NCBI GenBank assembly: GCA_050174015.1
Contig: JBFXKG010000008.1
Span: 1-64,000 of the forward strand
DNA length: 64,000 bases
DNA from: Candidatus Krumholzibacteriia bacterium
Lineage (GTDB): Bacteria; Krumholzibacteriota; Krumholzibacteriia; LZORAL124-64-63
Direction of reading: 5' to 3'
Within the stretch, counting starts at the first letter, position 1. Each line of letters begins with the position of its first letter. Below are positions 47,825-57,950 of the stretch, piece by piece. A program made the position numbers and the translations under genes. Below the pieces are notes generated by a model. That model made no database searches, had not been told where the DNA came from, and saw only the letters and a list, made by a program, of their open reading frames with translations.

Positions 47825-50387
47825 GATCGGATCCCCCCGTCCGGACCTTCACGAAGTAGACTCCGCTGGCGGCCGAGGCACCCCGGCCGTTCTTCCCGTC
47901 CCACACCAGGACCTGGACGCCCTGGCCCAGGTAGCCCGAATGCAGGCGGCGCACCAAGGCGCCGCGGGCGTCGAAGACGTCCACCGAGACGTCGCCGGCT
48001 GCTGGCCTGGTCAGTTCCAGTTGGGCCGTGCCGCCGGTGGCGCCCAGGACGCGCAAACTCGTGCCGAGAGCCACTCCGTCCACGGCGCTGGTGTCGTCGA
48101 CGAGGATCGCAGTCGGTTCGCACAGCAGGCTGCGGTCGGTCGGATCGGCGGCGTAGGCGCGCCACCAGTAGGTGCCGTCGGGCAGGGTGGGGGCGGTCCA
48201 GAGGGTGGCCCCTTCGTTTCCCTCGGGCACGTCGTCCACCGCAGCAACGAGCTGGGTACACAGGGCGTCGGAGTAGACCCGGAACCCGTACAGGATCGGG
48301 TCACCCTCGGGGTCGGTCGAGTTGATGACCGTCAGCACGTGAGGATCCGGCAAGGCCCCGCCGATCCCCGAAGGGGGGGCCGGCTCCGGCACAGTCGGCG
48401 GCTGGTTCGAGCTGCCGGCGCCGTAGAGCATCACGTCGTCGATGTACCAGCCGTCCTCGGTCACCGAGTAGTCGGTGTCCAGCAGGAACCGGAGGCCGAG
48501 GTCCTGGCCGGCATAGGCGCTCAGATCGATGTCCTTGAACACCCAGGAATTCTGGAAGCCGGTGTAGGTCTCCACGGTGCTCCAGGGGCCGCCGTCGGCG
48601 GAGATCTGGACGTAGCCGTAGTCCCAGCCCGACTCGATCGCGTAGCCGGTCCAGAAGGTCAGACGCGTGGCCTGGAAGGTCCCGTCGAGGGTTGCGGAGG
48701 TCGAAGTCTGGTCGGAGTAGTCCCCGGCCGGGCTGTCGGTCAGGGACTGGGACGGGGAGTGGGCGTAGGTCGCCGTCGTGTTCCAGGTCCCGGTGCGGGT
48801 CCAGTTGCCCGCGCCGCCCTCGAAGTCGTCGGCGAAGACCGCGACGGGCTGGCCGACCGTGAAGGCCAGGTCGAAGTCCAGATCGCCGGCGGACGAGGAC
48901 ACCGTCACGGTCAGTTCCACGGGGTGGCCGGGGGGACAGGCCGGATCGACGGTGAAGGGAATCGGGTCGGCGGCGAAGTCCACCGAACCCATGGCGGGCA
49001 GGGAGCCGAAGGCGCGCTGGGCCTCGGTGAACTGCACCCAGGGGTCGTCCGTCGAGATGGTGATCGTGCCTGCGGGAGCGCTGCCGATGACACCCTGGTT
49101 CTCGAGGGTGAAGCTGAGCTCGCCGTTGTCGCCGGGGTCGACGGCTTTGGCCGCGGCGTTCACCACCGCCGAATGCACCGCCAGGAAGGGCCCGGCCACG
49201 CGCATCAGGTAGATGTGGGGCCAGATGTTCTCCTGGAACAGGGGGCCCCGGCGGGATTCGCTGGGCCAGAAACCGTCGCTGCTGCCGCCGATCTCCGAGC
49301 TGAATGCCAGCATCTTGGCATGCTCGTTCTGGGCCCCGTAGGACCAGTCGAAGGATCCGCCGTTGACCTCGTAGAGGACCTCGCCGGGCTGCCCGAAGGT
49401 GTACCCGTTCCGGCTGCACATGACCGCCGCCATCATGTCGAACTTGGCGTCGTCGGAGGTTCCGGCGGTGTGGAAACCCCAGGGGTACAGCAGCAGGTTG
49501 CTGTAGGTGTGGACGGAGTTCCCCACCACGAACTCGCGCCCGTTGATGAAGGCCATCATGGCCTGGGTCTCGGGTTCGCTGCCGGCGGCGGGGCCGCGGT
49601 AGAGGTCGCTGCTGGGAGTGGGACTGCTGCCGACGTCGTCGTAGGCCCACTGGTAGGGATAGTTGCGGTTCAGATCGACCCCGTAGCTGCTTCCGTTGTT
49701 GCGCCGGTTCTTGCGCCACATCCCGCCGCCGTTGGGATTGGTCGATTCGTTGTAGGCCACCCCGTCGGGATTCACGATGGGCACGAGGTAGAGCTCGCGG
49801 TTGTCCACCAGCCAGGTGATCTCGGGATCCGTGCCGTAGTTCTGCGCCAGGTACTCGGCGAACATGATGGGAAACTCGCTGGCCATGATCTCGCGGGCGT
49901 GGTGCATGCCGTCGATGAGGATCTCGGGCTCGTCCTCGTCCACGTCCGGATTGTCGGAGACCTTGAAGGCCCAGATGTCGCGCCCTTCGTGGGTCTGTCC
50001 GAGGGACCACTTCTCGCTGACCACCTGGGGATAGAGCAGCCGCAGGCTGTCGATGAAGGCCGCGTTCTCGGCATAGGTGTGCCAGATCCCGAAGTTGGTG
50101 ACCTTGTCGCCGAACGAAAACCGGGTCTCCATGTCCTCGACCAGGACCCGGAATTCGAGGCCGGCCTCCCGCAGGAGATCGAGCGCTTCCTTGGTGGCGG
50201 CGATCTGGACGCTCTGGCCGGGCTTGCGGGTCAGGACGTCGAGCCGGCCCTGGTGGTCGCGGATGAAGGCGTCGGCGGCCGGCGACTGGATGTCGACCTC
50301 GATCAGGGTGTGGTGGCCGGTTGCGGCCGAAGCGGGTAGGGCGACCAGTGCCAGCAGCAAGGCCAGGCACAGGGTGACGCGGTGCAT
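47796..50387 (-). CDS. Secreted M14 zinc carboxypeptidase with a MAM/choice-of-anchor-J-like domain and a T9SS CTD
   Basis: M14 motifs ..IDGMHHAREIMASE.. (HxxE), ..NPDG.., ..DLNRNYPY... A module like those in the giant gene (..FWTGYAIESGWDYGYVQISADGGPW..YAGQDLGLRFLL..DGWYIDDV..). CTD ..GVYFVKVRTGGSDLIGRVVLVR. Signal peptide MHRVTLCLALLLALVALPASA (M67), GGGAGG RBS. Confidence 0.88.
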   Translation of the reverse strand: MHRVTLCLALLLALVALPASAATGHHTLIEVDIQSPAADAFIRDHQGRLDVLTRKPGQSVQIAATKEALDLLREAGLEFRVLVEDMETRFSFGDKVTNFGIWHTYAENAAFIDSLRLLYPQVVSEKWSLGQTHEGRDIWAFKVSDNPDVDEDEPEILIDGMHHAREIMASEFPIMFAEYLAQNYGTDPEITWLVDNRELYLVPIVNPDGVAYNESTNPNGGGMWRKNRRNNGSSYGVDLNRNYPYQWAYDDVGSSPTPSSDLYRGPAAGSEPETQAMMAFINGREFVVGNSVHTYSNLLLYPWGFHTAGTSDDAKFDMMAAVMCSRNGYTFGQPGEVLYEVNGGSFDWSYGAQNEHAKMLAFSSEIGGSSDGFWPSESRRGPLFQENIWPHIYLMRVAGPFLAVHSAVVNAAAKAVDPGDNGELSFTLENQGVIGSAPAGTITISTDDPWVQFTEAQRAFGSLPAMGSVDFAADPIPFTVDPACPPGHPVELTVTVSSSAGDLDFDLAFTVGQPVAVFADDFEGGAGNWTRTGTWNTTATYAHSPSQSLTDSPAGDYSDQTSTSATLDGTFQATRLTFWTGYAIESGWDYGYVQISADGGPWSTVETYTGFQNSWVFKDIDLSAYAGQDLGLRFLLDTDYSVTEDGWYIDDVMLYGAGSSNQPPTVPEPAPPSGIGGALPDPHVLTVINSTDPEGDPILYGFRVYSDALCTQLVAAVDDVPEGNEGATLWTAPTLPDGTYWWRAYAADPTDRSLLCEPTAILVDDTSAVDGVALGTSLRVLGATGGTAQLELTRPAAGDVSVDVFDARGALVRRLHSGYLGQGVQVLVWDGKNGRGASAASGVYFVKVRTGGSDLIGRVVLVR

Positions 50388-50491
50388 GTGGAGCCTCCCA
50401 GGACGGGTTTCAGGAAGGATCGTCGAACCCAATCCCCCGATGATGTCACGGTTTGGAAAGTAATCATACCAGATCGCAGCCCAGCGGACAA

Positions 50492-50547
50492 TGTCCGGGT
50501 GGAACCCTTGTCCGGGTGGAAACTGGGGTGGACCCAGGGGTGGACCC
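50492..50547. promoter_or_regulatory. Four direct repeats of GGGTGGA(A/C)C (two copies of TGTCCGGGTGGAA, two of GGGGTGGACCC) in the upstream region of the M14 gene
   Basis: Read from the sequence; spacing about 17, 12 and 12 nt. Candidate regulator binding array. Confidence 0.3.
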
Positions 50548-50686
50548 GGGACGCCGCCATGGTGCCCCCGCGACGGCGCCGGCATGACCCCGCCGCCCGG
50601 GGAATCTCCGCAAAGTCAAAAGGGGGCCTCGGTTGCCCCGCGACCCCCAGGCTGTTCCGGGCCCAACACGGCCCATCCGGACCGGA

Positions 50687-51640
50687 TCACTTGGCCTTGT
50701 CGACCTCGTCGGACGTCTTCTTGACCGCGGCGACGGAGTTGGCCAGGGCCTTCTTCTCCTCGGGGGTCAGCTTGATCCTGATGACCTCCTCGATGCCGTT
50801 CCTGCCCAGGATGACGGGCACGCCGACGAACAGCCCCTTCACGCCGTATTCGCCGTCGAGGTAGGCCGCCACCGGGGTGATCTTGCGCTTGTCGAAGGCG
50901 ATGGCCTCGACCATCTCCAGGGCGCTGACGGCGGGGCTGACGAAGGCCGAGCCGCTGCCCAGCAGGCTGACGACCTCGCCGCCGGCGCCGCGCGTCCGCT
51001 TCTCGATGGCGTCCAGCTTGGCCTTGCTGATGAACTGCTCCACGGGCAGGCCGTAGATCCGGCAGGCGCTGCGGATGGGCACCATGGTGTCGCCGTGGCC
51101 GCCGAGCACGACCGCCTCGACGTTCTCCACCGAGACGTTGGCCTCGCGGGCGACGAAGTACTTGTAGCGGGCGCTGTCCAGCACGCCGGCCATCCCCATG
51201 ATCCGGCTGGGCTTGAACTTCAGCTTCTTGAAGAGCCGGTAGACGATGGCGTCCAGGGGATTGGCGATGGAGATCACGATGGCGTTCGGCGCGTACTTCT
51301 TGATCCCGGCCGCCACGAAATCGGTGATCTTCAGGTTGATGGCCAGCAGTTCGTCGCGCGAGGGGAAGGTGCCATCCGGACGCATGGTCCGGGGCACGCC
51401 GGCGGTGTTGATCACGAAATCGGCGCCCTCGATGACCTCGTAGGTCTTGCTGCCCTCGCAGTTGACGTCGCTGGCGAACACGGGGGTGGCTTCGGCGACG
51501 TCCAGGCACTTGCCCTTGGCGAACTCGGGTTCCTTGACGTCGACCAGGCCGACGTTGCGGGCCAACCGGCGCGAGACGATCTCCGAGACGAGGACGCCTC
51601 CGATATTGCCGCCGCCGATGATACCGATCTTGTTGATCAT
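50687..51640 (-). CDS. mdh: Malate dehydrogenase (LDH-like MDH family)
   Basis: ..KIGIIGGGNIGG.. Rossmann motif and the characteristic LDH/MDH-family C-terminal region. Confidence 0.92.
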   Translation of the reverse strand: MINKIGIIGGGNIGGVLVSEIVSRRLARNVGLVDVKEPEFAKGKCLDVAEATPVFASDVNCEGSKTYEVIEGADFVINTAGVPRTMRPDGTFPSRDELLAINLKITDFVAAGIKKYAPNAIVISIANPLDAIVYRLFKKLKFKPSRIMGMAGVLDSARYKYFVAREANVSVENVEAVVLGGHGDTMVPIRSACRIYGLPVEQFISKAKLDAIEKRTRGAGGEVVSLLGSGSAFVSPAVSALEMVEAIAFDKRKITPVAAYLDGEYGVKGLFVGVPVILGRNGIEEVIRIKLTPEEKKALANSVAAVKKTSDEVDKAK

Positions 51641-51793
51641 GGCACCGAACTCCTTGCAGGGTTGTTCGTTGGATAAGAATCGATTGCTAGCGTTAGGACT
51701 TTAACACCCGCCTGTGCGGTTTTCCAGCAGAATCGCTATCTTGATCTCCCACCGTGACGCCTCGAGTTGAACCCGAAGAAAGGGACCCTTCCG

Positions 51794-52405
51794 ATGCCCC
51801 GCAAGCACGCCAACAACTGGGACGACCGCTACGACCACGACCGTTTTTTCTACGGGGTGGATCCCAACTATCTGGTCGCCAGGGAACTGCCCGGCCTGCC
51901 CCCGGGCCGGGGCCTCTTCCTGGCCGAAGGGGAGGGACGCAACGCCGTCTTCGCCGCGGGACTGGGTCACGAGGTGACGGCCGTGGACAGCTCACAGGTG
52001 GGGATGCTCAAGGCGCAGCATCTGGCCGGGGCCAGGGGAGTGCGGATCCGCTACCGGACCGAGGACGTGGTGACCGGCGACTGGGACCGGGACGAATGGG
52101 ACTTCGTGGTGATGTGCTTCGCCCACCTGCCCCCCGAGGAAATGCCGGGAGTTCACGCCCGCATTGCGCGTTCCCTGCGGCCGGGAGGCCGCCTCATCCA
52201 CGTCTCGTTCAGCAAGGCCCAGCTGGGACGCCCCTCGGGCGGGCCGCCGCGCCTGGCATGGTTGCATGCCCTGTCCGACCTGAAGGACCAGTATGCCGGC
52301 CTGGATCTGGCCGTCGCCGAGGAGAAGGAAGTGGTCCTGGACGAGGGCGCCGGCCACCGCGGGGCCGCCCTGGTCATCGAGATCGTGGGGACCAGGCCGG
52401 AATAG
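51794..52405 (+). CDS. Class I SAM-dependent methyltransferase
   Basis: Motif I ..GRGLFLAEGEGRNAVFAA.GLGHEVTAVDSS... Start is M10 of the track ORF. Confidence 0.65.
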   Translation: MPRKHANNWDDRYDHDRFFYGVDPNYLVARELPGLPPGRGLFLAEGEGRNAVFAAGLGHEVTAVDSSQVGMLKAQHLAGARGVRIRYRTEDVVTGDWDRDEWDFVVMCFAHLPPEEMPGVHARIARSLRPGGRLIHVSFSKAQLGRPSGGPPRLAWLHALSDLKDQYAGLDLAVAEEKEVVLDEGAGHRGAALVIEIVGTRPE

Positions 52406-52414
52406 GGATTCCCT

Positions 52415-53068
52415 CTAGCCGAAGATCCCCCGGACCGCGATCCGGGACCAGTCCTCGAAGCTGGCGCCTTCGGGCGCGCCGCCGGCAGGCAACATGGCGG
52501 GCAGCTCGGCCGCAGGAATCCAGCGGGCCTGATGGGGCTCGGCCTGGGCGCTGACCAGTTGCACCAGCTCCTCGTCCCCGCCGGGCATGCCGTCCAGACC
52601 CACCGAGAAGACCACGCCGAAATGGACGCTCGAGACGTCCTCGCTGTCGGAGTTGATGTATCCGCGCAGACGGAGCGCGTCGGGACCGGGATCCAGGCCC
52701 GTCTCCTCTTCCAGCTCCCGCATGGCGGTGGCCATGACCAGGCCGTGGGTCTCGACCAGGGGATCCTGACGGTCCACCGGCTCGACGTGTCCCCCGAATC
52801 CCACGCTCCACAGGCCACCGAGGCGGGCCTCGGTGTGCTTGGTCCGCCGCTGGTAGCAGAGCACCCTGGCGGAGCCTCCCTCGCCCCTCTGCAGGACCAG
52901 GTAGGGGATGACCTGCTTGTAGTGGCTGTTCTGCTCCATGTAGTCCCGCTCGGCGAAGAACAGGCGGGGCGCCAGGGCGGGCAGGTCCACCGCGCCGTTG
53001 GGCAGGAATCCCTGGGGACTGAGCCCCGGGAACAGGTGCTTGCGTTCGATGACGAGGATGCTGCGCAC
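52415..53068 (-). CDS. Nudix hydrolase
   Basis: Nudix box GGHVEPVDRQDPLVETHGLVMATAMRELEEETGL. Putative GTG start; the N-terminal extent is uncertain. Confidence 0.7.
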   Translation of the reverse strand: MRSILVIERKHLFPGLSPQGFLPNGAVDLPALAPRLFFAERDYMEQNSHYKQVIPYLVLQRGEGGSARVLCYQRRTKHTEARLGGLWSVGFGGHVEPVDRQDPLVETHGLVMATAMRELEEETGLDPGPDALRLRGYINSDSEDVSSVHFGVVFSVGLDGMPGGDEELVQLVSAQAEPHQARWIPAAELPAMLPAGGAPEGASFEDWSRIAVRGIFG

Positions 53069-53379
53069 GGTCGATCCTTTGCTGGGAGAGGGGCTGGCCG
53101 CCAGGGGGCCGATCAGCCGGCCGGAATGTCACCGATTGTCGGTCGTCGGTCGTCGATTGGAGTGGCCAAGATAGCACATGACCCGCCCGGATTCACGGCT
53201 GGGTTGTCGGCTCCTCCGGCTGATCCGTACCTTCCCTGGGAGGATGTTCGACCGCACCCAGGGCCGGCGGGACGCGTCGATCGTCGGGAACAGGAACCCC
53301 ATTCCGAATATCCCGGGGTGCGGATGGAGTTGCCTGGCCAGGGTCCGTCCCCGAGGGTGGACGATCCCGGCCGCATCGA

Positions 53380-54687
53380 CTACGGCAGGAACCGGCCGAC
53401 CTCCGCCAGCTTGTTGGGCAGGTACTCGTCGATGACGTAGTTCAGGCCGTGCTTGGCCAGGGCCTGCTGTTCGGCGCGGACCCCCATCTTGATCATCTGC
53501 TCGAGGGCCTTCTGCCAGGCCTTGTAATGGAGGATGAAGGGGTCGTTCTTGAGGGCGTCGCGGGCCCGTTTGACGTCCACGTCCTTCAGCGGGTGGGTGG
53601 GCAGCTCGTAGTCGATGATGTCCTGGGGCGTGATCCCCAGCAGGTGGGCCTGGGGCACGCAGAAGAACTCGTTCAGGTGGGCGGCGTTGCCGCTGCCGAC
53701 CTTCAGTGTGCGGTAGATGTTGCTGTAGCCGTAGGGGTCGCCGTCCACGAAGACGTAGACCGGCAGGCCGTGGCTGTCGGCCAGACGCCGCACGAAACGC
53801 CGACAGGCGCGCGTGGGCACCCCGCCCAGGCTGACGAGGATGCAACTCGCCTGCTTCCAGTAGTTGTGCTTGACCAGGCGCTGGAACATGCCGGCGGTCT
53901 CGATGCAGAGGATGAACTGGGCGTCGGTCTCGAACTCCAGATCCTCCACCGAGATGGGGATGGAGTAGGCGCCGCTGCCGAATCGCGTGCAGTCGATGCG
54001 CAGCTTCTCGCCGGTGTCGCGGTCGTGGTCGACGACGACCAGCCGTCCGGCCACGTCGCCGCCCTTCTCCTCGGGCACGAAGCCCAGCTGTTCGCGGTTG
54101 ACCGCGAAGAAGGCCTCGACGTCCTCCATCACCGTGTCCGATTCGGGCTGCTCCTTGAACCGGGCCTCCGCCCAGTTCTTGCTCACGTAGTAGGCCTCCC
54201 GCTTCGTGGCGATGTCGTCGGTCTCGATCAGCTCCTTGGACAGGGCCATCATCTTCAGGGTCTGGGCGAAGGTCTTGACCGTGTTGACGGTCAGGGTGCG
54301 TTCCTTCTTCTTGCCCCTCATCTTGAAATACCCGATGGAGGGGTCGTAGCTCACGTTGTTGAGCGAGCGCAGGGGGAAGTCCATCTGGGGCTTCTCGCCC
54401 AGGAGGATCTTCTGCCGGATGATGTTCGACTCGCTGCGGATGCGCCGGGACACCTTGTTGAACGACACCTTGGGAGCTTCCCCGGCGGGGAGGGCCCCGG
54501 CATCCGACGCCTCGCGGGAGGCCGCACCGGCGGCGGCCTTGGAGGCGGCCCCGGCGGGGGCCTTGGCCCGCGGCGAGGTCCCGCCGAACCCGAGCTCGCC
54601 CTGGGCGGCCGGCGTGCCGGCGGCCTTGGCGGGGGCTTTCTTCGCGGTCGTCTTCTTGCCCGGGGTCTTCTTCTTGGCTGCGGCCAC
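53380..54687 (-). CDS. top6A: DNA topoisomerase VI subunit A (Spo11/Top6A homologue) with a ~75-aa Lys/Ala/Pro-rich N-terminal extension
   Basis: Toprim region ..LPVYVFVDGDPYGYSNIY.. and the 5Y-CAP/winged-helix region, collinear with archaeal Top6A. GTG start preceded by an AAGGAA RBS, 24 nt after the top6B stop. GC3-rich through the KA-rich head. Confidence 0.85.
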   Translation of the reverse strand: MAAAKKKTPGKKTTAKKAPAKAAGTPAAQGELGFGGTSPRAKAPAGAASKAAAGAASREASDAGALPAGEAPKVSFNKVSRRIRSESNIIRQKILLGEKPQMDFPLRSLNNVSYDPSIGYFKMRGKKKERTLTVNTVKTFAQTLKMMALSKELIETDDIATKREAYYVSKNWAEARFKEQPESDTVMEDVEAFFAVNREQLGFVPEEKGGDVAGRLVVVDHDRDTGEKLRIDCTRFGSGAYSIPISVEDLEFETDAQFILCIETAGMFQRLVKHNYWKQASCILVSLGGVPTRACRRFVRRLADSHGLPVYVFVDGDPYGYSNIYRTLKVGSGNAAHLNEFFCVPQAHLLGITPQDIIDYELPTHPLKDVDVKRARDALKNDPFILHYKAWQKALEQMIKMGVRAEQQALAKHGLNYVIDEYLPNKLAEVGRFLP

Positions 54688-54711
54688 GGTGCGTTCCTTC
54701 GCGTTGGTCGT

Positions 54712-56400
54712 TTAGAGTTTCCGGCTGCGCTCGAGGGTGTCGGTCAAGGTCTCGATGACCTCGTTCCTCTCGGCGTCGCTGATCTCCAGGATCTCCTGCA
54801 GGGCGTCCCCGATGTGGGGGATGTACTTCTGGATGTAGCTCTGCTTCTTGGCCGCGTCCTTCTCGCGCTCGCGGCGGCGGATGTGCCTCTGCAGCCGGCG
54901 GCCGGCCTCCTGCAGGGCCAGGCGGATCTCCTTGATGATCTCGGGATAGTGGGCGACCGCCTCCTTGCTCTCGCTCGTGAAAGGCACCCAGACCGAGGCC
55001 ATGTGCACGAGGATGACCAGGGGGCCGCCGGGCAGGGCGCCCTTGCTCTGCTGCAGGCCGTAGCTTCGCCAGTTGCTCGTCAGAACCGACTTGTGGATGG
55101 CGCAGGCCGAAGCCTGGTACAGCAGGGGCACCCGGTTGGCGAAACGCATCACCTTGGCCAGGTCGTCGGCGGGCAGCTTGCCGCCGTAGGCGATGCCGAC
55201 CTCGATCTGGAAGGGGTTGCCGCGGTACACCGCCGCGGGCCGGGTCACCGAGGTGTAGAAGTCGGCCTCGACGCCGGTCTTCAGGCCGGCCATCACCAGG
55301 TCCTCGCCGATCGGGGAAAGACAGTCGGTGGGCGGGGCGGCGATCTTCGTGTCGGCGATGGCGTCCAGCAGCTTCTGGACGTCGTCCTGCACGAGTCGCT
55401 TCGGATTCTTGCGCGGCGGCAGGCCGGCGGTCTCCAGGATGGTCTCGGCGGTCTTGGGGCCGACCTTGCAGAACTCGTCCTTGAGGAAGGAGGCGAGGTT
55501 GCGGCTAGAGGTGTCGGCCAGCATCCGCGACAGGATTCCCATCTCCACGCCGTAGGGATGGGGCTTGATCTCGGCGGCCTCGGGAGGCAGTTCGCTGGTG
55601 GCGTTGGGATAGACGATGGTCTCGCCCTTGGGGTCCTTGTAGGTCAGGTGCAGGTGGGGGTTGGCGATGGCCGTCTGCTCGAGGTAGTTGTCCACCGAGT
55701 GCTGGCCCCGCTTGTAGCTGCCGGTCAGGACGATCTCGATGCGGGTGCCGTGGTCCTTCTCCCAGACGGTCTCGTCCCCGCTGAGGATCACCGGTTCGTT
55801 CTTCTTCATGTCCAGCAGCAGCTGGAACCGGTGGGCGGGCTTCTTCGCCCCGGTGCGGCTGTAGACCGTCACGGGCTTGCCGGTCGTCAGCTGGCCGTAC
55901 ATCCCGGCGGCCGAGATGCCGATGCCCTGCTGGCCGCGGCTCTGCTTCAGGCTGTGGAACTTCGAACCGTAGAGCAGCTTGCCGAAGATCCGGGGGATCT
56001 GGGCGGCCACGATGCCGGGCCCGTTGTCCTCGACGATGATCTTGTACCGCTCCTCGTTCTTCACCCCGCGGGCTGCGGTGTCGTTGCGCCCGGCCTTGCC
56101 GTTGCCGTTGCCGTTGGCGCCGGAATCCGGATCCTGCTGGCTGCTCAGTTCCAGGCCCAGGTTCACGGGCTTGTCCGGCCTGATCTCCACCAGGAGCCGC
56201 GGGGCGATGCCGGCCTCCTCGCAGGCGTCGAGGCTGTTGTCCACGGCTTCCTTGATGGTGGTCAGCAAGGCCTTGGCGGGCGAGTCGAAGCCCAGCAGGT
56301 GCCGGTTCTTGGTGAAGAACTCGCTGATGGAGATCTCACGCTGCTTCTCGGCCATGGACTGGGCGTCTTTGGGACTGCGCTGCGGCTGGGGAGCGGCCAT
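54712..56400 (-). CDS. top6B: DNA topoisomerase VI subunit B (GHKL ATPase + transducer)
   Basis: Bergerat-fold motifs ..[14 protein letters not shown].., ..[10 protein letters not shown].., ..[13 protein letters not shown].. and the transducer domain. Immediately upstream of top6A. Confidence 0.88.
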   Translation of the reverse strand: MAAPQPQRSPKDAQSMAEKQREISISEFFTKNRHLLGFDSPAKALLTTIKEAVDNSLDACEEAGIAPRLLVEIRPDKPVNLGLELSSQQDPDSGANGNGNGKAGRNDTAARGVKNEERYKIIVEDNGPGIVAAQIPRIFGKLLYGSKFHSLKQSRGQQGIGISAAGMYGQLTTGKPVTVYSRTGAKKPAHRFQLLLDMKKNEPVILSGDETVWEKDHGTRIEIVLTGSYKRGQHSVDNYLEQTAIANPHLHLTYKDPKGETIVYPNATSELPPEAAEIKPHPYGVEMGILSRMLADTSSRNLASFLKDEFCKVGPKTAETILETAGLPPRKNPKRLVQDDVQKLLDAIADTKIAAPPTDCLSPIGEDLVMAGLKTGVEADFYTSVTRPAAVYRGNPFQIEVGIAYGGKLPADDLAKVMRFANRVPLLYQASACAIHKSVLTSNWRSYGLQQSKGALPGGPLVILVHMASVWVPFTSESKEAVAHYPEIIKEIRLALQEAGRRLQRHIRRREREKDAAKKQSYIQKYIPHIGDALQEILEISDAERNEVIETLTDTLERSRKL

Positions 56401-56834
56401 TCACGACACCTTCCGTGGTGGTGGTTCTTCCCTGGAATCTGCGATGGGCCTGGACGACGTCAGGCGCCGGAGGCTTGCGGCGCAGGAACTGTAAAAAAGC
56501 GGGAGGCGGAGGTCAACCCCGGCTTGCGGAGCCGGTGGCGGTCGGGCGGGGGAGTGTCGCCCCCCGGAAGCGGCCCGAGGACCGGGGCCGGCGATTCACG
56601 CACCATCGGGCAGAGATGGTCCGGGGGGCGACGACGCGATGCAACTTCTTGCAGCACACCGGGTGCCAGAAGCCCCGGCCGGATCCTGCCGTTGCCTGCG
56701 GAGGAGCGGCGTTCCCCGGAATTCCCCATGACGGCCGGATCGGCCTCCTCCCGCAGGAGGACCCGCCCCGGCCGATCGGGCAATCCGGCCGACCGACCCC
56801 GCGCCGGGGTTGCAGGATGGCCAGGAACGAGGAA

Positions 56835-57863
56835 TCAACGGAACAGGGACCGCACCGATCCCAGGGGGGTCTTTTCGGCCGGGACCATGGCCTGGCAGCG
56901 GATCTCCAGGGTGAAGACCCCCTCGTCTTCGCCCTCCCCGGGGGGCAGGAAGGCGTCCACGCCCAGGTAGACCACCGTGTCCAGGAAGGATGGGTTGGAC
57001 CACTTGAGGGTCTCCCCCTGGCCCTGGGCCTTGGCGTCCACGAAGGCCAGGCACTCGTTCTCGGGATGGCAGGATCCCAGGAGCCACAGGCTCGGATCCA
57101 GACCGGACCCCACCGCGGTCAGGGTGGCGGTGAACTCGTGGTAAGCGGCGACGGTGACGGCGTACCACCGGTCGCCGGACCGCTGCAGGCTGGAATTGCA
57201 GTCGAGGTCCTGGAGGTGGTTTTCCTCGAGGGCCAGGTCCCCCTCGAAGGTCGCCGTTTCGACCTGGCAGGGGACCGCGTCGGCTCCGCCGGGCCCGCAG
57301 ATCTCCGGGGGCAGGCCGGCCAGCCGCGACTCCAGGACCAGGGTGAAGTCCCCGGCGAACGGTTCGGGGGAGTTCCGGTACCCGTCGACCACCAGGGTGT
57401 AGGTCCCCGGGCCCAGCAGGGCCGTGAACTCGATGTTGGCCCCCGCCAGGCAGGAATCGGTGTCACAGGTTTCCAGCAGGAAGAGATCCAGGTCCCGGTC
57501 GTCCAGATCCCGCAGACCGACGAAGACCTCCAGGAGGCCATCCCCGACGGATTCGGGGGGAATCACCAGCTCGTAGAAGGCCTCCGGACCGGTCTCGGAC
57601 CAGTCCCGGCAGGCGTAACCGTCCACTTCGCCGGTCCCGAAGGTGCTGTCGGCCAAGGTCAGGGTGAAACCAGGTTCGAGGATCCAGGTGGCTCGAGGGG
57701 TGCAGTCGAACACCGCGCGCTGGTAGACGAAGGCCGGATCGGCCGGCTTGTCGGCGGCCGGCGAGGCGGCAGGGGCGGGGGCGGATCGGCCCGCCAGAAG
57801 GATCAGGGCGGCCGCCACCGGCGGCAGCAGACGCGTGAAGGTCGAGGCCATGAATCGTTCCAT
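56835..57863 (-). CDS. Secreted protein with two PPC (bacterial pre-peptidase C-terminal)-like beta-sandwich domains, ending ...LGSVRSLFR
   Basis: Signal peptide (M29 or M33 of the track ORF). Two repeats with ..DGYA/DRWYAVTV.. ..GTYTLVVDGY.. ..FTLVLE/FTLEI.. architecture. Shared C-terminal tail. Confidence 0.7.
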   Translation of the reverse strand: MERFMASTFTRLLPPVAAALILLAGRSAPAPAASPAADKPADPAFVYQRAVFDCTPRATWILEPGFTLTLADSTFGTGEVDGYACRDWSETGPEAFYELVIPPESVGDGLLEVFVGLRDLDDRDLDLFLLETCDTDSCLAGANIEFTALLGPGTYTLVVDGYRNSPEPFAGDFTLVLESRLAGLPPEICGPGGADAVPCQVETATFEGDLALEENHLQDLDCNSSLQRSGDRWYAVTVAAYHEFTATLTAVGSGLDPSLWLLGSCHPENECLAFVDAKAQGQGETLKWSNPSFLDTVVYLGVDAFLPPGEGEDEGVFTLEIRCQAMVPAEKTPLGSVRSLFR

Positions 57864-57950
57864 CCCGGGATTGAGGTTGATGAACGTATCCCAGGTTAAC
57901 ACAGGAGGGGCGGGGGGGATTCCCAAAATAGACTGAATAAGTCCCATCCC

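Noticed and set aside
47772-50370. 855-aa plus-strand ORF and 689-aa minus alternative-frame ORF overlapping the M14 carboxypeptidase
   Set aside because: Only the 47796..50387 minus frame contains the HxxE/NRNY M14 motifs, the signal peptide and the CTD.
56401-56834. 434-nt gap upstream of top6B containing the 107-aa minus ORF 56460..56783
   Set aside because: The ORF lacks a usable RBS (nearest GGAGG is ~14 nt away) and reads as Arg/Pro-rich junk. The region is more likely the top6 promoter/leader.
53449-56970. 1173-aa plus-strand ORF spanning the topo VI operon
   Set aside because: Antisense to two unmistakable genes (Top6A/Top6B). Its translation is Gly/Leu/Val/Ala low-complexity.
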